64,000 bases of DNA from Diplonema japonicum (taxonomy: Eukaryota; Protista; Euglenozoa: Diplonemea): the NCBI GenBank assembly GCA_964019335.1, contig OZ025675.1, positions 186,001 through 250,000 of the forward strand, read 5' to 3'. The notes under the pieces were generated by a model, which was given only the letters and a program-made list of their open reading frames with translations, was not told where the DNA came from and did no database searches. This document shows positions 45,339-55,892 of the stretch, one piece after another (position 1 is the stretch's first letter; every line of letters starts with the position of its first letter). Made by a program: the position numbers and the translations under genes.

Positions 45339-45524
45339 AGAAAGAGAAAGAGAAAGAGAAAGAGAAAGAGAAAGAGAAAGAGAAAGAGAAAGAGAAAGAG
45401 AAAGAGAAAGAGAAAGAGAAAGAGAAAGAGAAAGAGAAAGAGAAAGAGAAAGAGAAAGAGAAAGAGAAAGAGAAAGAGAAAGAGAAAGAGAAAGAGAAAG
45501 AGAAAGAGAAAGAGAAAGAGAAAG
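45339..45524. repeat. (AGAGAA)n microsatellite
   Basis: About 30 perfect hexamer units. Confidence 0.97.
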
Positions 45525-46337
45525 GGAATGGGGCTGCGCACTAAACCAAACCTACCAACAGGAAAAAAAAAGAAGGAAAAAAGAGAGAAAAATAAAAATG
45601 ACGAGATAAAAGGAGGTTCCTGTTCTGAAACGCCCTCCTTGTTTCTACTTATAGACCTTTTCTTTTTTTTTCCCGGTTGTGCAGGTGGAGAAAAAGGCGC
45701 GCTATAAAAATTGAGGGGGTATGAAAAAGAAAGAATCGATGAAACCATTCTGCTTATTATAATTATAAAAAAAGAAAAAATTAAAAAAAAGAAAAACTCA
45801 AATCCCTTCATTCCAGGTCGTGTTGCCAACAAGACTTTTTATTACAGTAGCATTCTTCTTTTTCTTTTTTTTCTGTTATTATAAAGGCAAGCCATAAGAC
45901 TCATGTTTGATTAGTTGGGATGGGTGAAAAAAGGTTTTCAGTGTTGCGTGCCCATGGCTTAACAGCGTAACGAACCTTTTTTACTCGTTTGTGGAAAAAA
46001 AAAAAAAAAAAGAAGCCGTCTTATTACCATGGGCTACACATCGTGTTGAAAAGTTGCACCATCCTCGATGAAGAGAGATATATTGCAAGGGGGGAGGCGG
46101 GACTTTTTTTCTTCTTTTTTTTTTCTTCTTCTTCATTTTTTCTTGTTTACAAAAAGATCTTATATTTTCTTTCTTTTCATTTCTTTTTTTTCTTTTTTTT
46201 TTTGTTCTCTCTTTTGTGGTTTGTGCCAGAATTATGAGTTAAATCTTCTTCTTCTTCTTTTTTTTTTTTTTTTTTTTTTTTTTTGCTCATCTTTGCTATC
46301 GAGAATTAAAAGGAAAAAAAAAAAAAAAAAAAGTTTA

Positions 46338-48452
46338 AAGGGGCCCCCTGAATAATCCCTTTATTTGGGCAGTGGGGGGGGGGGAGGGGGGGTGTTTGGG
46401 CTCCAAAAAAAAAGAATTATTTGGAATACATTTATTTGGGTTGTACTTATTTGGGCTGGGGGGCCTGCCACATGGATAACAGGGAGCGGGGCTTGGAGCA
46501 CTTCTTGGTCTTGTGTTCTTGCCAGTTTTTCTCCCAGGCTGTAGAGAACCCACAAACGTCGCAGACAATCCGCCTGGTTTTGGCGTTAGGTGGTTGCTGG
46601 GAGGTTGCGGGGGTCTGAGAGGCCGCTGGGGCTTGAGAAGCTTCTCGGGAGTCTGTCAGGGCTTGAGAAACTGCAAGGGCTTGGGAGGCTGGAGTCTCGG
46701 GTGTAGTGTCCGTTGTCACACCCGCAACAACGTTCTGTGCTGCACTGTCTAAAGGGTCCGACTCCTTCAAAGTGCTTACTTCGCCAAGTGCTCTTAGCTG
46801 TATGGTCTCCACGGAACTACCTGGTAGGTAGCCGAGAGACCGCATACAGCTAAAGGTGTCGAGCAGTTGCATGACCTTCTCATGTGCCTGCCCTACCCAC
46901 AGTGCCACGTTGATACGGCGCTCTGCTGCAGTCATCGACCCACGTCCCGCCTCAGTTGCTTTGGCATGCCACAGCCCTCCTAACCCCTCAAAATGGAGTT
47001 TAAATAACGAAAAATAAAAAACGTCTAAAAGTTGTAGATCCGTGGTAAGCCCACCAGGGATCACAGCTGGTATAATCTTTGCAGCCTTCATGGCCGCCTT
47101 GCTTGCATCGCTGATGTGGCCTCTGGCTGAGTCCAAAATCAGCAGCACCGTCGCATCTTCAGGCACCGCAGCACGCAAGTATGGGATGTAGACATTAATA
47201 AAAAAGTCAGAACCCACAACTCCACTTTCGCATGCTGCGACCTGCACCCCTTTGCACTTGTCTATTTCTCCCTGGGACGGGAGCCTGTCCTTCTTCAGCA
47301 ACACGATGGGCTCTGGTTGCTTGTCGGTGGTGTTGATGATGGTGATGATCGCACTGGCGAGCCTTTTGGTGTCGGCGGCAGCGATCGTGGGGTCGTCTAT
47401 GTCGGCATCCTCCCCAACCGGGCCGACGACGCGGAGGAGGCGTTTGCCGAGTGGGCAGAAAGGCGACTCGTCCATGTTGCAAATTATTGCAGTCGGACAG
47501 AGTCGGTGGACGGAGTGCAGGAACTTAAAGAAGCGTGCAGCTTCAAGCTTCCTCTCCGCCACCGGTTTCCCCTTCAGCCTGCTGACCTTCTTCTCACTAA
47601 GGTTTTGCCTCTTGAGGAAGGAGGCGAAGACCTTGTCAGACAGCACACAATTGCTGTTGACGGGGTCGGACTGGCGGATTTTCTTTTGGAGAAGTTGTCG
47701 GGCCTGCAGGTTGGTGCAGGGCTTTTTTTCTTCCCGTAATTTGCGGATCTCGTCCCCCGCTTCTTTTTCCTGGTCAGGAAACTGTGGGGGCCTCCCGCCT
47801 CCTGGGGCCCTCCTCCTCACCCTCGCCTTGGCGTCGCGGCTATTGAACAAGTCGATGTACGCCTGTTCATTTGCCATAATACTGGCAAGGTCACGCCTGC
47901 GAAGGCGTACTTCCGCGACACCGCCTCCGCACCCGCCGTCTTGCACAAGGCAATTATCCACAACTTCTCCACCACGGTGTACTCACGGCGTCTCCTCTTG
48001 TTTTCATGTACTTCTTCCTGCTCTTGCTCCTGCTCCTGCTCCTCCTCCTCAGGCTCTTCACCCGCCAACCCGTCTCCGAACGGGTTTGCGTTCAACTGCC
48101 CGTCGTACACGTACCAGTCCTCATCCGTAGGGGGTAAGAAGGCCATTTTAAAGAGGTTTAAGATTGATAGTCTGATGAACAGTGCCTGGGCTTGGCATTA
48201 CATTCTGAATAAAATAAACTGCCTTCCACTTCTTGGTCGGGCGTCAGCCACGTCTACAGCTCTACAGCTCTACAGCTCTACAGCTCTACAGCTCTGCAGC
48301 CCCCCCCCCCCCCCCCCCCCGTCCCCTCAAAAAAAAAAAAAAGGAGATCGGGAATTATTTGGGAAATTTGGAGCGGAAAAATCCCCGAAAAAAAAAAGAA
48401 TTATTTGGGAAAAAACACATTATTTGGGAGGGAATTATTCGGGCCCCCCCTT
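46338..48452 (-). mobile_element. pogo/Tigger-like DNA transposon
   Basis: Imperfect TIR AAGGGG..CCC.GAATAAT.CCCT; TA at 46336-37 and 48453-54; encodes DDE_1-type transposase. Confidence 0.85.
46447..48146 (-). pseudogene. pogo-like DD35D transposase split by one frameshift near 47890
   Basis: HTH-like RRREYTVVEKL..AVSRKY in the 48146 ORF; CENP-B-type GRPPQFP..FLKRQNLS, NMDESP, ILDSARGH, LQLLDV in the 47961 ORF; C-terminal CxxC..H..C. Confidence 0.85.
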
Positions 48453-50881
48453 TACAATAGGTTTGAAGCTTGCTGGGTGAAATTCATCACTGCACGCCCC
48501 TCTTCAATATTCGAGATGGCCCATCTTTGTATGTCGGTAGGTTTTTCGATGTTTACAATGGGTTTTATGCTGGGGTTAATCAGAATCTGCTTTAAAGCTT
48601 CCGCCACAGGGTCGAGCACCTCTGCTTCCTGCAGCTGATACATCCATTCTTCAACATTTGAAGTGACTATGTGGCCCACCGCATTCACAACGATCGGGGC
48701 CTTGCTGCCTGTGGTCCTAAGCAGTGCAACGGCGGACAGACCGTATCGGCCCATAATACCCTCACAGACTGCAGGGGATACCAAAGTGATAGTTTGAGGA
48801 AGCTTACTAACTACAACATCGGCCACCGCGCATATTTCTCCCAATTCTTGCAACGAAGCACCCGTCATGCCAAATCCTCTTTGGTTGAAAGATCCCAGAT
48901 TCCCAGCTTGGTATACCCCATGCACCACCGACATAACAGGAGTAGCAATTGACGCTACTCTTTGAGAGCCGCTCAAAAACTTGCAAAAGCCTACCCCGCG
49001 GGTGATTGACTCAACGCAGCGGAGTCCGATATTCCATGTAAGGGTGAAATTAAACGGATTTGCAACTGAGAAGCCGTGAGCCAGGCCTTTGGAGGACGTC
49101 ACCGCCTCGTTCACCACCTCAACAAGTCCCGCGAAACCTTCCGGAAAGTTCACATACATATGCGCGGTAAAACAGAGTTTTACCACAGTTCCTTTGTAGC
49201 TTTGCATTGTCATCAAGACGTTCCCGGTAGGAGATAGGACCTTGGATTGCTTCGCTTTTGAATGCGCGTCAGTAGATTCACTTGTTTCTGTTAGGGCGAC
49301 AATTTCGCTTCCGGCTTTGATGCTTGCATCGTCGTCTTCATTCACAAATAACGACTGTGGTAGGAATGCCTTGAACTCCCTCAGGCATTTGATCGCCATG
49401 AGTAACCCATCAGTGAGCAGTTTCACCTCCTGCACCATCACAGGTTTGTACATCGACTTCATATGTGCCGTAGCATCATCCAACTCCATTGTCTCAAGAA
49501 ACCTGTTCCCAACAACAAGCCTCCCCAGTGGACGGGCGATCAGAACAATCTCCAACACAGCAATGATAAGGTCAACCACGAAGATCACAACAGAGGCGAT
49601 GATGAGCTGCACCAGTGCCGCGTACACCTTGTCGTTCACAGAGGACACGGAACGCATCCAGAGAAGCTCGAAAGTGGTACCAGCAGCGGTGTAGACATGG
49701 GTGAGTCGCAGGAAGTACTCCCCGCCGTCCAGCGATGTGTCAACGAAGTAGTCCTTCTTGTACAATGGGGTGGTCTTGTTCACATCAGAAGCAGCGAAGT
49801 ACTCTCCGTACCGTACATGGGTACGCATGTTTGTGGAGGAAAGATCTGCGGTGAAGAAGGTCCCTCGGGGACGAGGCTTGGAGGCGTTCACAGCACCGGA
49901 CACAGTGGGGCCGAGGTCGTTGGGGTTCATGACACAGTCTTTTCCAGCATAGTCAGTGCAGCTGAAACAGGCAGTGAAGCATTCGGGCTTTAACGCAGCA
50001 AGACCCTCGTACACAGTGCTGGTGAAGACCTGAAACGCAGAGCAGTCAAGAACTACCAAATGAGTGCTTGCTGCTTCGAACTCACGGATGACAGATGTCC
50101 AGGGGCGGTACATGAAGTAGCCCACCAAGACAAGGTCATGTGTACCTTCAGCCCATGGTGGGGTGTACCTTATAAAAAATGAGTTGTAGGCATAAGGGGA
50201 CCCGTCTACTGAGTTCCAGAAGTAGGTTGGTGACCATGTCCCGTTGTAGGGTATGCTTTGCATCCACTCGTAACGGTAAGTCACGTTGGTTTCCCACGTC
50301 AGGTTTAGTACTGGCGGGGCGAGCGGGAGATCGGCTGTAGGTACGAGGACGCCTGTCTCGTTGTCCTTTGCCGTGAAGGAGCGTTGCCACCGGACGGCCT
50401 TGCCGTCAACCACCGTGGGGAGCGTGTTCCCTGAGATCCAGAATTTATCGTTGTTCCCATTGCCGTCCAATATCGGCTCGTACCACACCGCGTGGCGGCT
50501 GTAGCCTTCAGGGTCGTCCCATGGTTTGTGCTTTTTAAAGAGAAAATATCCTACTGAATATAACTCATCTGAAGACCTGAGAGTTGCGAAGGCCTGTGCG
50601 GCATACACCTTCTCAACGTGGCGGAGTCCTAGTGACACATTTAGGACATCGTCGCGGTTGAACATGAGCCTAGCCTCGTACGCGCTCTTAGTGATTTCAT
50701 TTAGCATCCCTGCCAGACGAAGCCTTGCGCTTTTGGACACCGCTGCACTGTTCTCGTCCACAGCAGAGCGAAGGACCGAGATACTCTCCGCGTACAGTAG
50801 ATACCCTGCCAGGAGGGAGATGAAGGTGGACACAATCGTTGAGACGAAGATGATCAGCTTCGATGGGACGTAGAGAGGCAT
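48452..50881 (-). CDS. Two-TM receptor pseudo-adenylate cyclase, copy 9 (809 aa)
   Basis: Start MPLYVPSKL; ectodomain most like copy 1, tail most like copies 2/3. Confidence 0.92.
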   Translation of the reverse strand: MPLYVPSKLIIFVSTIVSTFISLLAGYLLYAESISVLRSAVDENSAAVSKSARLRLAGMLNEITKSAYEARLMFNRDDVLNVSLGLRHVEKVYAAQAFATLRSSDELYSVGYFLFKKHKPWDDPEGYSRHAVWYEPILDGNGNNDKFWISGNTLPTVVDGKAVRWQRSFTAKDNETGVLVPTADLPLAPPVLNLTWETNVTYRYEWMQSIPYNGTWSPTYFWNSVDGSPYAYNSFFIRYTPPWAEGTHDLVLVGYFMYRPWTSVIREFEAASTHLVVLDCSAFQVFTSTVYEGLAALKPECFTACFSCTDYAGKDCVMNPNDLGPTVSGAVNASKPRPRGTFFTADLSSTNMRTHVRYGEYFAASDVNKTTPLYKKDYFVDTSLDGGEYFLRLTHVYTAAGTTFELLWMRSVSSVNDKVYAALVQLIIASVVIFVVDLIIAVLEIVLIARPLGRLVVGNRFLETMELDDATAHMKSMYKPVMVQEVKLLTDGLLMAIKCLREFKAFLPQSLFVNEDDDASIKAGSEIVALTETSESTDAHSKAKQSKVLSPTGNVLMTMQSYKGTVVKLCFTAHMYVNFPEGFAGLVEVVNEAVTSSKGLAHGFSVANPFNFTLTWNIGLRCVESITRGVGFCKFLSGSQRVASIATPVMSVVHGVYQAGNLGSFNQRGFGMTGASLQELGEICAVADVVVSKLPQTITLVSPAVCEGIMGRYGLSAVALLRTTGSKAPIVVNAVGHIVTSNVEEWMYQLQEAEVLDPVAEALKQILINPSIKPIVNIEKPTDIQRWAISNIEEGRAVMNFTQQASNLL

Positions 50882-51665
50882 TTCTTTTTTTTTTTTGTTT
50901 TGTTTTTCTCTTCCCCCCCGCTGCCCCACTTTTAGGTGATGATAGGTGGTTAGGGAAAAGAAAAAAAGGGGGGGGGGACAGGTTTTGTTTGTGTGCAACG
51001 ATTTAACAAGCTTTCTTCTTTTAGTTATTTTTGTACAACGCATAACGCTGCCAAAAAAAAAAAAAAGATACTTTTTTTTTGTTCTTTTCTTTTTTCTTAT
51101 TGATAATCTACTTTCAAATAGCAGTGTCCTTTTTTATCATTTTGTTTACTGGGATCTCTTTTGCTGCTCGTACAACATAAAACCGAGCAGAGGGGGGAAA
51201 AAAGAAGAAGAAAAAAAAGAGAATCTGATTGCGGACGCCCACGGTCAAAAAAGGAATTAAGAAAATTAAATAAGAGATAAATGAGGCCAGTGTTGGTGGC
51301 GTCCTGCACATTGCGCTATCTACTTGATTACAGGGGGCGCACCGTCACGGCGTGCAATTTGCTGCCTGTTCGCATCTCCATGTCAAAAAAAAAGAGGTTT
51401 AGAAATTTGTATCTTTCCCACAGAATGGTGGGAATGGGGGTGGGGGGTGGACTTGTCAAGTCCTAAACTTTCCACGCCGGCTACGGCTTATGCAAGGACC
51501 ATCAAACAATTAAGGAAAAGAGGAGGAGGGAACGAAAAAAAAAAAAAAAAGAAAAAGAAAAAAAAAGAGTCTACAGGAGCACCTTTTTTATAAAAAAAGG
51601 TATATGGGAAGCTGTAAGCTTCTGGTAAGAAGAAAATAAAAAATAAAATTAAGAATAAAACTTTT

Positions 51666-53264
51666 TCAGGAACCCTTCTCCCGCAATTCTTTCAGCGAGT
51701 TCATCATTTTCTTTTGGTTCGTGAAGATCAATTGGACTTCGTCCTTTGAAACGACGGCTGGAAGGCTGGGACCGGCACTGTCTTTCCCAGTATCATCCTT
51801 GCCCCCGCATGGCCAGTACCGCAAGCTTTCCAAAACAAACCGAGCAATGAAAAGAAAAATCACAAGCGAGGAAAAACACGCGAAAATAATAAAAAGCCCG
51901 GACATATGCTTCGCGGTCACGATAGGGTTGGACGCTGATGAAATAGTGTCGGGAACGCACGGGGTGGGGAAGTACTCTTTGATGGTTGATTCTGTAATCT
52001 GAGAACGAAGTTCAGCTATACCACCGTTGATATTGGTGATCACTCCACTAACGTCTGGACCGCCAACGAAGGACAGTTCAGTAGGTGAATATTCCACACC
52101 AGACAGCATGAACTCATCGCAGTTCTCTGACGCAATAACGTTGCCCACGAACTCGTTGGCCATGATACCATCAACCGCACCCGAACGCAACGCATTCTCG
52201 CAAAAATCACGCGCTGCCCTCGTCGTCAGCGTGTTGAAAGGCGGCTCCACCCATAGATCTGACACACACGGCAGCTCCGTCTTCCCGTTCAAACAACATA
52301 TTCTCCGAGATTTCGCAGCGTTCAGAGTTGTCGGACCATCAACAACCCTTGATTCATGAGTTAGGATAGACGCAAGTTCAGCCGTGTAGGTACTGTTTAT
52401 TATCAATACAAAGAAGAGCGTTCCCATTCTCAGGATTCTGCCCAGATATGTAACGACTTCGTAACCTTCCCCGCCGACTAGTAATGTGGTGATAGCGAAG
52501 TACGCCGCGCCCAGTGCCCCTGCCGGCGTTCGTTGGATCGTGCTTACAGAATACCTGGACTCCACCAGCCAGAATATCAACGCAGACGTCAGCATGGCCG
52601 CCAGTATGAGCAGCCAAAGCGACGTTGTAAACGGAGCAAATATCCTCCAATACCCACCACCCGTCTCGTACTTTCGAATGATGATCACATGGTTCACCAG
52701 AAATATCGGTCTGCTGTAAGGAAGCGTGTCTCCATATGAATTAAACATATGATGGCTGACCCCTATAACTGAGAAATCAATATCTTTTGTGATGAGAGGG
52801 TTGCCTGTTACCAGGTCGATGATGTCTATTGGTGATAAAGTGTATTCGTATCCTAGTATGTTGGAGAGGTTTGACAGGAAGTCCGGGAGGAGGCCGTTCC
52901 ACCGGTTGTTGGCGTCCTTTGTTGGGTCGTAGGTCCACATTGGTTCGTAGGTTTGGTTTAAGAGGCCGATGGTGTATTTTTCGTCTTTGCAGCAATTCAT
53001 ATATACTTTTTTGCACGCATTGCAGCACCATCCCGACACAAGTTGATCCTCACACAGGAACGGGGCGAACTCCAACAAGTCGGTGCATTGAATAGTTTCT
53101 CTAGCTCGAAGGTTGTTTTTTTTCGCATAGTCATATAAAAGTTGTGTCGGGACGTCTGACGTCAAGGACAGATCAGACGGGATCACCAAGACCGTGTCCT
53201 GGCATGGTAGCGGTGGATGGACCTCCCCTGCAAGGCTGAGAATAATAAAAACTATTGATATCAT
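51666..53264 (-). CDS. Ionotropic glutamate receptor-like ligand-gated channel lacking ATD (532 aa)
   Basis: Signal peptide; S1 WNGLLPDFL..L..ILG; pre-M1/M1 IFAPFTTSLWLLI; pore; M3 STYTAELASILT (cf. SYTANLAA); S2; M4 MSGLFII. Confidence 0.85.
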   Translation of the reverse strand: MISIVFIILSLAGEVHPPLPCQDTVLVIPSDLSLTSDVPTQLLYDYAKKNNLRARETIQCTDLLEFAPFLCEDQLVSGWCCNACKKVYMNCCKDEKYTIGLLNQTYEPMWTYDPTKDANNRWNGLLPDFLSNLSNILGYEYTLSPIDIIDLVTGNPLITKDIDFSVIGVSHHMFNSYGDTLPYSRPIFLVNHVIIIRKYETGGGYWRIFAPFTTSLWLLILAAMLTSALIFWLVESRYSVSTIQRTPAGALGAAYFAITTLLVGGEGYEVVTYLGRILRMGTLFFVLIINSTYTAELASILTHESRVVDGPTTLNAAKSRRICCLNGKTELPCVSDLWVEPPFNTLTTRAARDFCENALRSGAVDGIMANEFVGNVIASENCDEFMLSGVEYSPTELSFVGGPDVSGVITNINGGIAELRSQITESTIKEYFPTPCVPDTISSASNPIVTAKHMSGLFIIFACFSSLVIFLFIARFVLESLRYWPCGGKDDTGKDSAGPSLPAVVSKDEVQLIFTNQKKMMNSLKELREKGS

Positions 53265-53984
53265 TCTGTGTGTTTTTTTTTTTTTTTTTTTATTCTTCCT
53301 TTTTTTTCTCTTTTTTTTTTATGGTTTATAAAGATGGCAAAAAAAAAAAAATCTTTTTAAAATAAAAGACTGGGAGAATTGAAAGGAAAAAAAAAAAATG
53401 GGGGGGGTATATATGTAACGTGTTCTTTTTTTTTTTTTTTTTTGAAAAAAAAAAGAGGAAAAAAAAAAAAAAGAAAAAAAAAAAAAGAGTTGGTTCTTTT
53501 TTAGCATTTTGTTTTTTTTTTGTGCCCACGGTACAAACATTTGGGATACATACTGCATGTTTACCACTACTCCTTGTTTTTTTCTTTTTCTTTTCTTTTC
53601 CTTTTTCTTCTTCTTTTTGCTCTTGCAAGAACTGAGCAGTACTTGTTGAATACAATAAACGAAAAGGATAAAACTGGGAGAAACAAAATAAAATAAAAAG
53701 GAAACACTTCGCTCAGCTCTTCATCCTTATATCGGGCTACCAGAGGAGAAAAAAAAAAAAGATAACAAAAGAGAAAAGAGAAGTGAGAAAAAAAAAAAAA
53801 GAGAGAGAAACTTCTATCATTAAATCGGAAAGAATTGAAAGAAAATAACAAATATAAAGAGACAAAAAAAAAAAAGAAAAAGAGTCAGTTCTTAGCATTT
53901 TTCTTTCTTTCTTTTTTTTCTTCTTCTAACTGAGTACTTTTGTCAGAACTTACCAAAAGAACGAAGGATTATCTTCGATGGGTT

Positions 53985-54320
53985 CGGAGCACGGATGCTA
54001 AAGATTTCACGAAAGTTGAGCATCCCTATCTCTCCGGGTTATGCCAACAGAACAAAAACCAGTTTTTATCATCTTGGCAACTGTCCCAAGATTGTGAAAT
54101 GCTAAAAAAGAAAGAACCTTCTCCTCCCAATACCGTAAACGAAGTAGGAGCGTACAGTAAAGGTTAATCGGTTAGCAGAACAAACCAGTTTTTATCAAGT
54201 ATTCTTTCTTTTTTTTTCCTTTTTTTTTTTTTTTTTTTTCCATGTGTCGGAATCTACCAATAACTTCGGTGGGGTCGGGCCCAATCACAGTTCTTTCTTT
54301 CCTTTTCCATGTGTCGGAAT
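53985..54320 (-). pseudogene. Shredded partial duplicates of the 3' part of the RING-WW gene
   Basis: GGAGCAC.GATGCTAAAGA.TTCAC, TCTCCGGGTTATGCCA, AGATTGTGA.ATGCTAA collinear with 54425-54610; TTCCATGTGTCGGAATCTACCAA duplicated. Confidence 0.7.
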
Positions 54321-55172
54321 CTACCAAAAGAAAAAAGGAGTATTTTCGGTGGGGTCGGGTAGCGATCGTTCACAACTCCACGGGGCCCAATGCCGCAACG
54401 TGACCTTCACAAGCACCGCAAGCAGGAGCACAGATGCTAAAGACTTCACAGCGTACAAAAACCTGAGCATCAGGGTGCTCGGTTCGTTATAAGTGTAGCG
54501 TCCTGTCTCCGGGTTATGCCAGTAGAATAAACCGGTCTTATCATCCTGACAGCGATGCCAGTGGTTAATGGTAGAGAGTGGTTCGGCCCCGAGATTGTGA
54601 GATGCTAACGCGAGATCGCAAACCCGTCTCAAAACAGGGATAAGCGGCCCAGAAGAATGGGGAGGAAGTGTAGCTGTAAAGATGGTAGTTGAGATGGATA
54701 TAAAACTCACGATTTGTCCTAGATGCGTTATGTCTTCCACGATCACCCTGGTGGCCACGCAATCTACTAATCCTTTCATGGACACGTTCAACCCTCTATT
54801 TTTATTTTTTCGCACCTGGATCTGCTGTCCTGTCGCGTTATCAAATCTGAGTACTTCACCGTTCCACGTTGTGGTGCTTGGTGGCAACGAAGCTTCTTCC
54901 TGCGATTCTCCTGTCGCACTGGTGGTGTTCAGGTTCTCGATGACACTTTTGTTCGGGTTGGCGCCGGCTACCTCCAGCATTGAATAGTTCTTCTTCAGCT
55001 TGCTGAATCTGTTGGCGCTCTTACACATAGGACACTTCACGTGCCCTTTTTTCTTCAGCTGCTTGCAGCACATCTCGCACAGGCTGTGCCCGCATCTCAC
55101 CAGAACGAAGGGTTGTTTCTTCGTTGTGTTAAATGCCTCGAAACAGACGAGACACACACCCACGTGGTCCAT
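54321..55172 (-). CDS. RING-finger and WW-domain protein (283 aa)
   Basis: CLVC..CGHSLCEMC..CPMC RING; WHRCQDDKTGLFYWHNPETGRYTYNEP WW-like; C-terminal hydrophobic segment. Confidence 0.85.
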   Translation of the reverse strand: MDHVGVCLVCFEAFNTTKKQPFVLVRCGHSLCEMCCKQLKKKGHVKCPMCKSANRFSKLKKNYSMLEVAGANPNKSVIENLNTTSATGESQEEASLPPSTTTWNGEVLRFDNATGQQIQVRKNKNRGLNVSMKGLVDCVATRVIVEDITHLGQIVSFISISTTIFTATLPPHSSGPLIPVLRRVCDLALASHNLGAEPLSTINHWHRCQDDKTGLFYWHNPETGRYTYNEPSTLMLRFLYAVKSLASVLLLAVLVKVTLRHWAPWSCERSLPDPTENTPFFFW

Positions 55173-55564
55173 GGGGGGGGGGGGGGGGGGGGCACACCTC
55201 CTCCTTTTTATTTAAAATTTTCTATTTTCTTTTATTGCTTTTCTTTTTTTTCAAAAAAAAAAAAAGAGGGGGAAAAGGACAAGAAAACTTTGTAAATAAT
55301 TTTACCGATCCGGATCCGTTAAGTGACCACGGCCTAAACAACTTTCCAATTGCTTCTTCTATGGCTGGAATGGATTTATTTGCGTTCGGTGCCCAATGTG
55401 CGACACATGGATCTTTCTGGAAAAACTTTTCAGTGAACCCTTGGACATTTTCTTTTTGATTTTCCGCTGTGTAAAAACCACAGTGGACAAAGGCCGGGTC
55501 GCTCAACGGGTCCGAAGCGTAAACAAAGGTCAGGAAAAGAATTCTTTTCCAGGCTTTCAGGCTT

Positions 55565-55599
<35 letters not shown>

Positions 55600-55892
55600 C
55601 CAGGTCTTTTATTTAAAATACGGTAGTAGTTTTGAAAAACCTTTGTCGGAAAAACCATTTTATACCCTCAGGATTTTTTTGGTCTCACTTCATCTGAAGA
55701 CAGAATCCCTGTAAAGGGATACTTCTATTCATAACGCCTCAAACAAATTTAAAAACAAACAATATATAAGTTACAAGAAGACGAGCATCACCCTGAAATG
55801 ACTCGCTTAAGGGGAGGTGTCGCTACGCACCTAGACCCGGCAAAAGGTCTTGCTGCCCCCAAAAAAGAGAGAAGTATTTATTGAGAAAAAGC

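Noticed and set aside
45236-45832. Poly-FL, poly-ER, poly-K and poly-F ORFs
   Set aside because: Translations of microsatellites and homopolymers
46447-47961. Possible Fanzor/TnpB nuclease
   Set aside because: Motifs are DDE_1/pogo-type; no RuvC pattern seen
55222-55506. Coding-like ORF with VHCGFY (lipase-like) and a tRNA-like start near 55493
   Set aside because: No ATG start, no GxSxG motif, no T-arm or cloverleaf
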